64,000 bases of DNA from Felis catus (taxonomy: Eukaryota). A program made the translations under genes and the position numbers. Below, in pieces: positions 63,068 through 64,000 of the stretch. The stretch spans positions 71,736,001-71,800,000 of the forward strand of contig NC_058368.1 of the NCBI RefSeq assembly GCF_018350175.1. The letters are read 5' to 3'. The notes below the pieces were generated by a model that searched no databases, was not told the origin of the DNA, and was given only the letters and a program-made list of their open reading frames with translations. Each line of letters starts with the position of its first letter. The first letter of the stretch is position 1.

Positions 63068-63563
63068 CACAGATGTGTCTGGATAGTGACAGATGGGAAA
63101 GAATCTTCTTCAGTGACCAGAATCTGTGCCGACAGCCTTGGGAGCCCAAATTAAGCTGCATTTATTTCCTTGGGCTCTCTGAGTACTGGGTGAAAGGAGC
63201 CTCCTCAAAATATTTGAGGGTTGCTTGAATACAAGTATTTTGTGTGTGAGTGGTTTTCAATTGCTTTCTTTGTTAGTAATACTAACATGGATCAAAACCC
63301 AGGAAAATATAATCCTAAAAACGCTTCAAATTCCCTGTAGAATTTTATTGTATTTGTTGTATTTTGTTTGATTGTTGCATGAGCTAGAGAGTTTTTACAA
63401 GGGATCTTTTCTTTGTAATTATGTTTATTGTATCAGAAATCTGATTTGTGATAATCTGATACAGACCGTCTTTAGTCAAATTGTACATAAGCACTTAATC
63501 CTTTTAGACTTCCTTCAAAAGGTGAATTATTTGGTAATCAGGAATCATCACATAATTTATTTT

Positions 63564-63785
63564 ATTTTATTATTTTTTTAAACATTTATTTATTATTGAG
63601 AGACAGAGAGACACAGAGCATGAGCAGGGGAGGGGTAGAGAGAGAGGGAGACACAGAATCCAAAGCAGGCTCCAGGCTCTGAACTGCCAGCACAGAGCCC
63701 AACGCAGGGCTTGAACCCACGAACAGTGAGATCATGACCTGAACCGAAATCGGCTGCCCAACCGACTGAGCCACCCAGGTGCCCC
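63564..63785 (-). mobile_element. CanSINE
   Basis: TSD atcacataatttattt. Confidence 0.93.
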
Positions 63786-64000
63786 AATCACATAATTTAT
63801 TTTAAAACAATACTTTTAGGTGCTCACTAATGATAGAAAATTCCAGAGAAATGACTATACTTTATTAAGATGACACTTGAACCAAAAAAATATATTTGTA
63901 CTACTTGATTCCTAGCATTGAATTGGCCTGGTAGGAAACCAAGAAAATTATTTGATAGTGTGATTATGATACCTGGCTTCCTCTTTCTTTACCTATTTCC

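Overview
Mammalian genomic DNA from a carnivore, most likely a felid, judged from the many tRNA-derived CanSINEs of the cat SINEC_Fc type and a carnivore-type L1. The left 25.5 kb holds the 5' half of TMTC4 (ER protein O-mannosyltransferase) on the minus strand. It has a CpG-island promoter and first exon (~24.5-25.7 kb) and four clean coding exons (19320-19535, 14719-14834, 13429-13645, 7285-7372; all GT-AG and phase-compatible). The rest of the gene lies beyond position 1. A decayed PRR13 processed pseudogene lies antisense in a TMTC4 intron, nested in a MER58 DNA transposon and itself hit by a SINE. The right 38 kb is non-coding: SINEs, L1/L2/MIR fragments, MaLR and ERV1 solo LTRs, a 3.1-kb 5'-truncated L1, several nested insertions, microsatellites and a few repeat-free motif-rich blocks. 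I found no convincing wholly new gene system. The best leads are a two-uORF arrangement (short uORF plus overlapping uORF) around the TMTC4 start codon, the PRR13 retrocopy with its antisense 140-codon ORF, an in-frame exon pair flanked by inverted SINEs, and a candidate plus-strand non-coding exon behind a T45 tract. Repeat family names and protein comparisons are from recalled consensus sequences, not from searches. Exon numbers are provisional and repeat boundaries are approximate.
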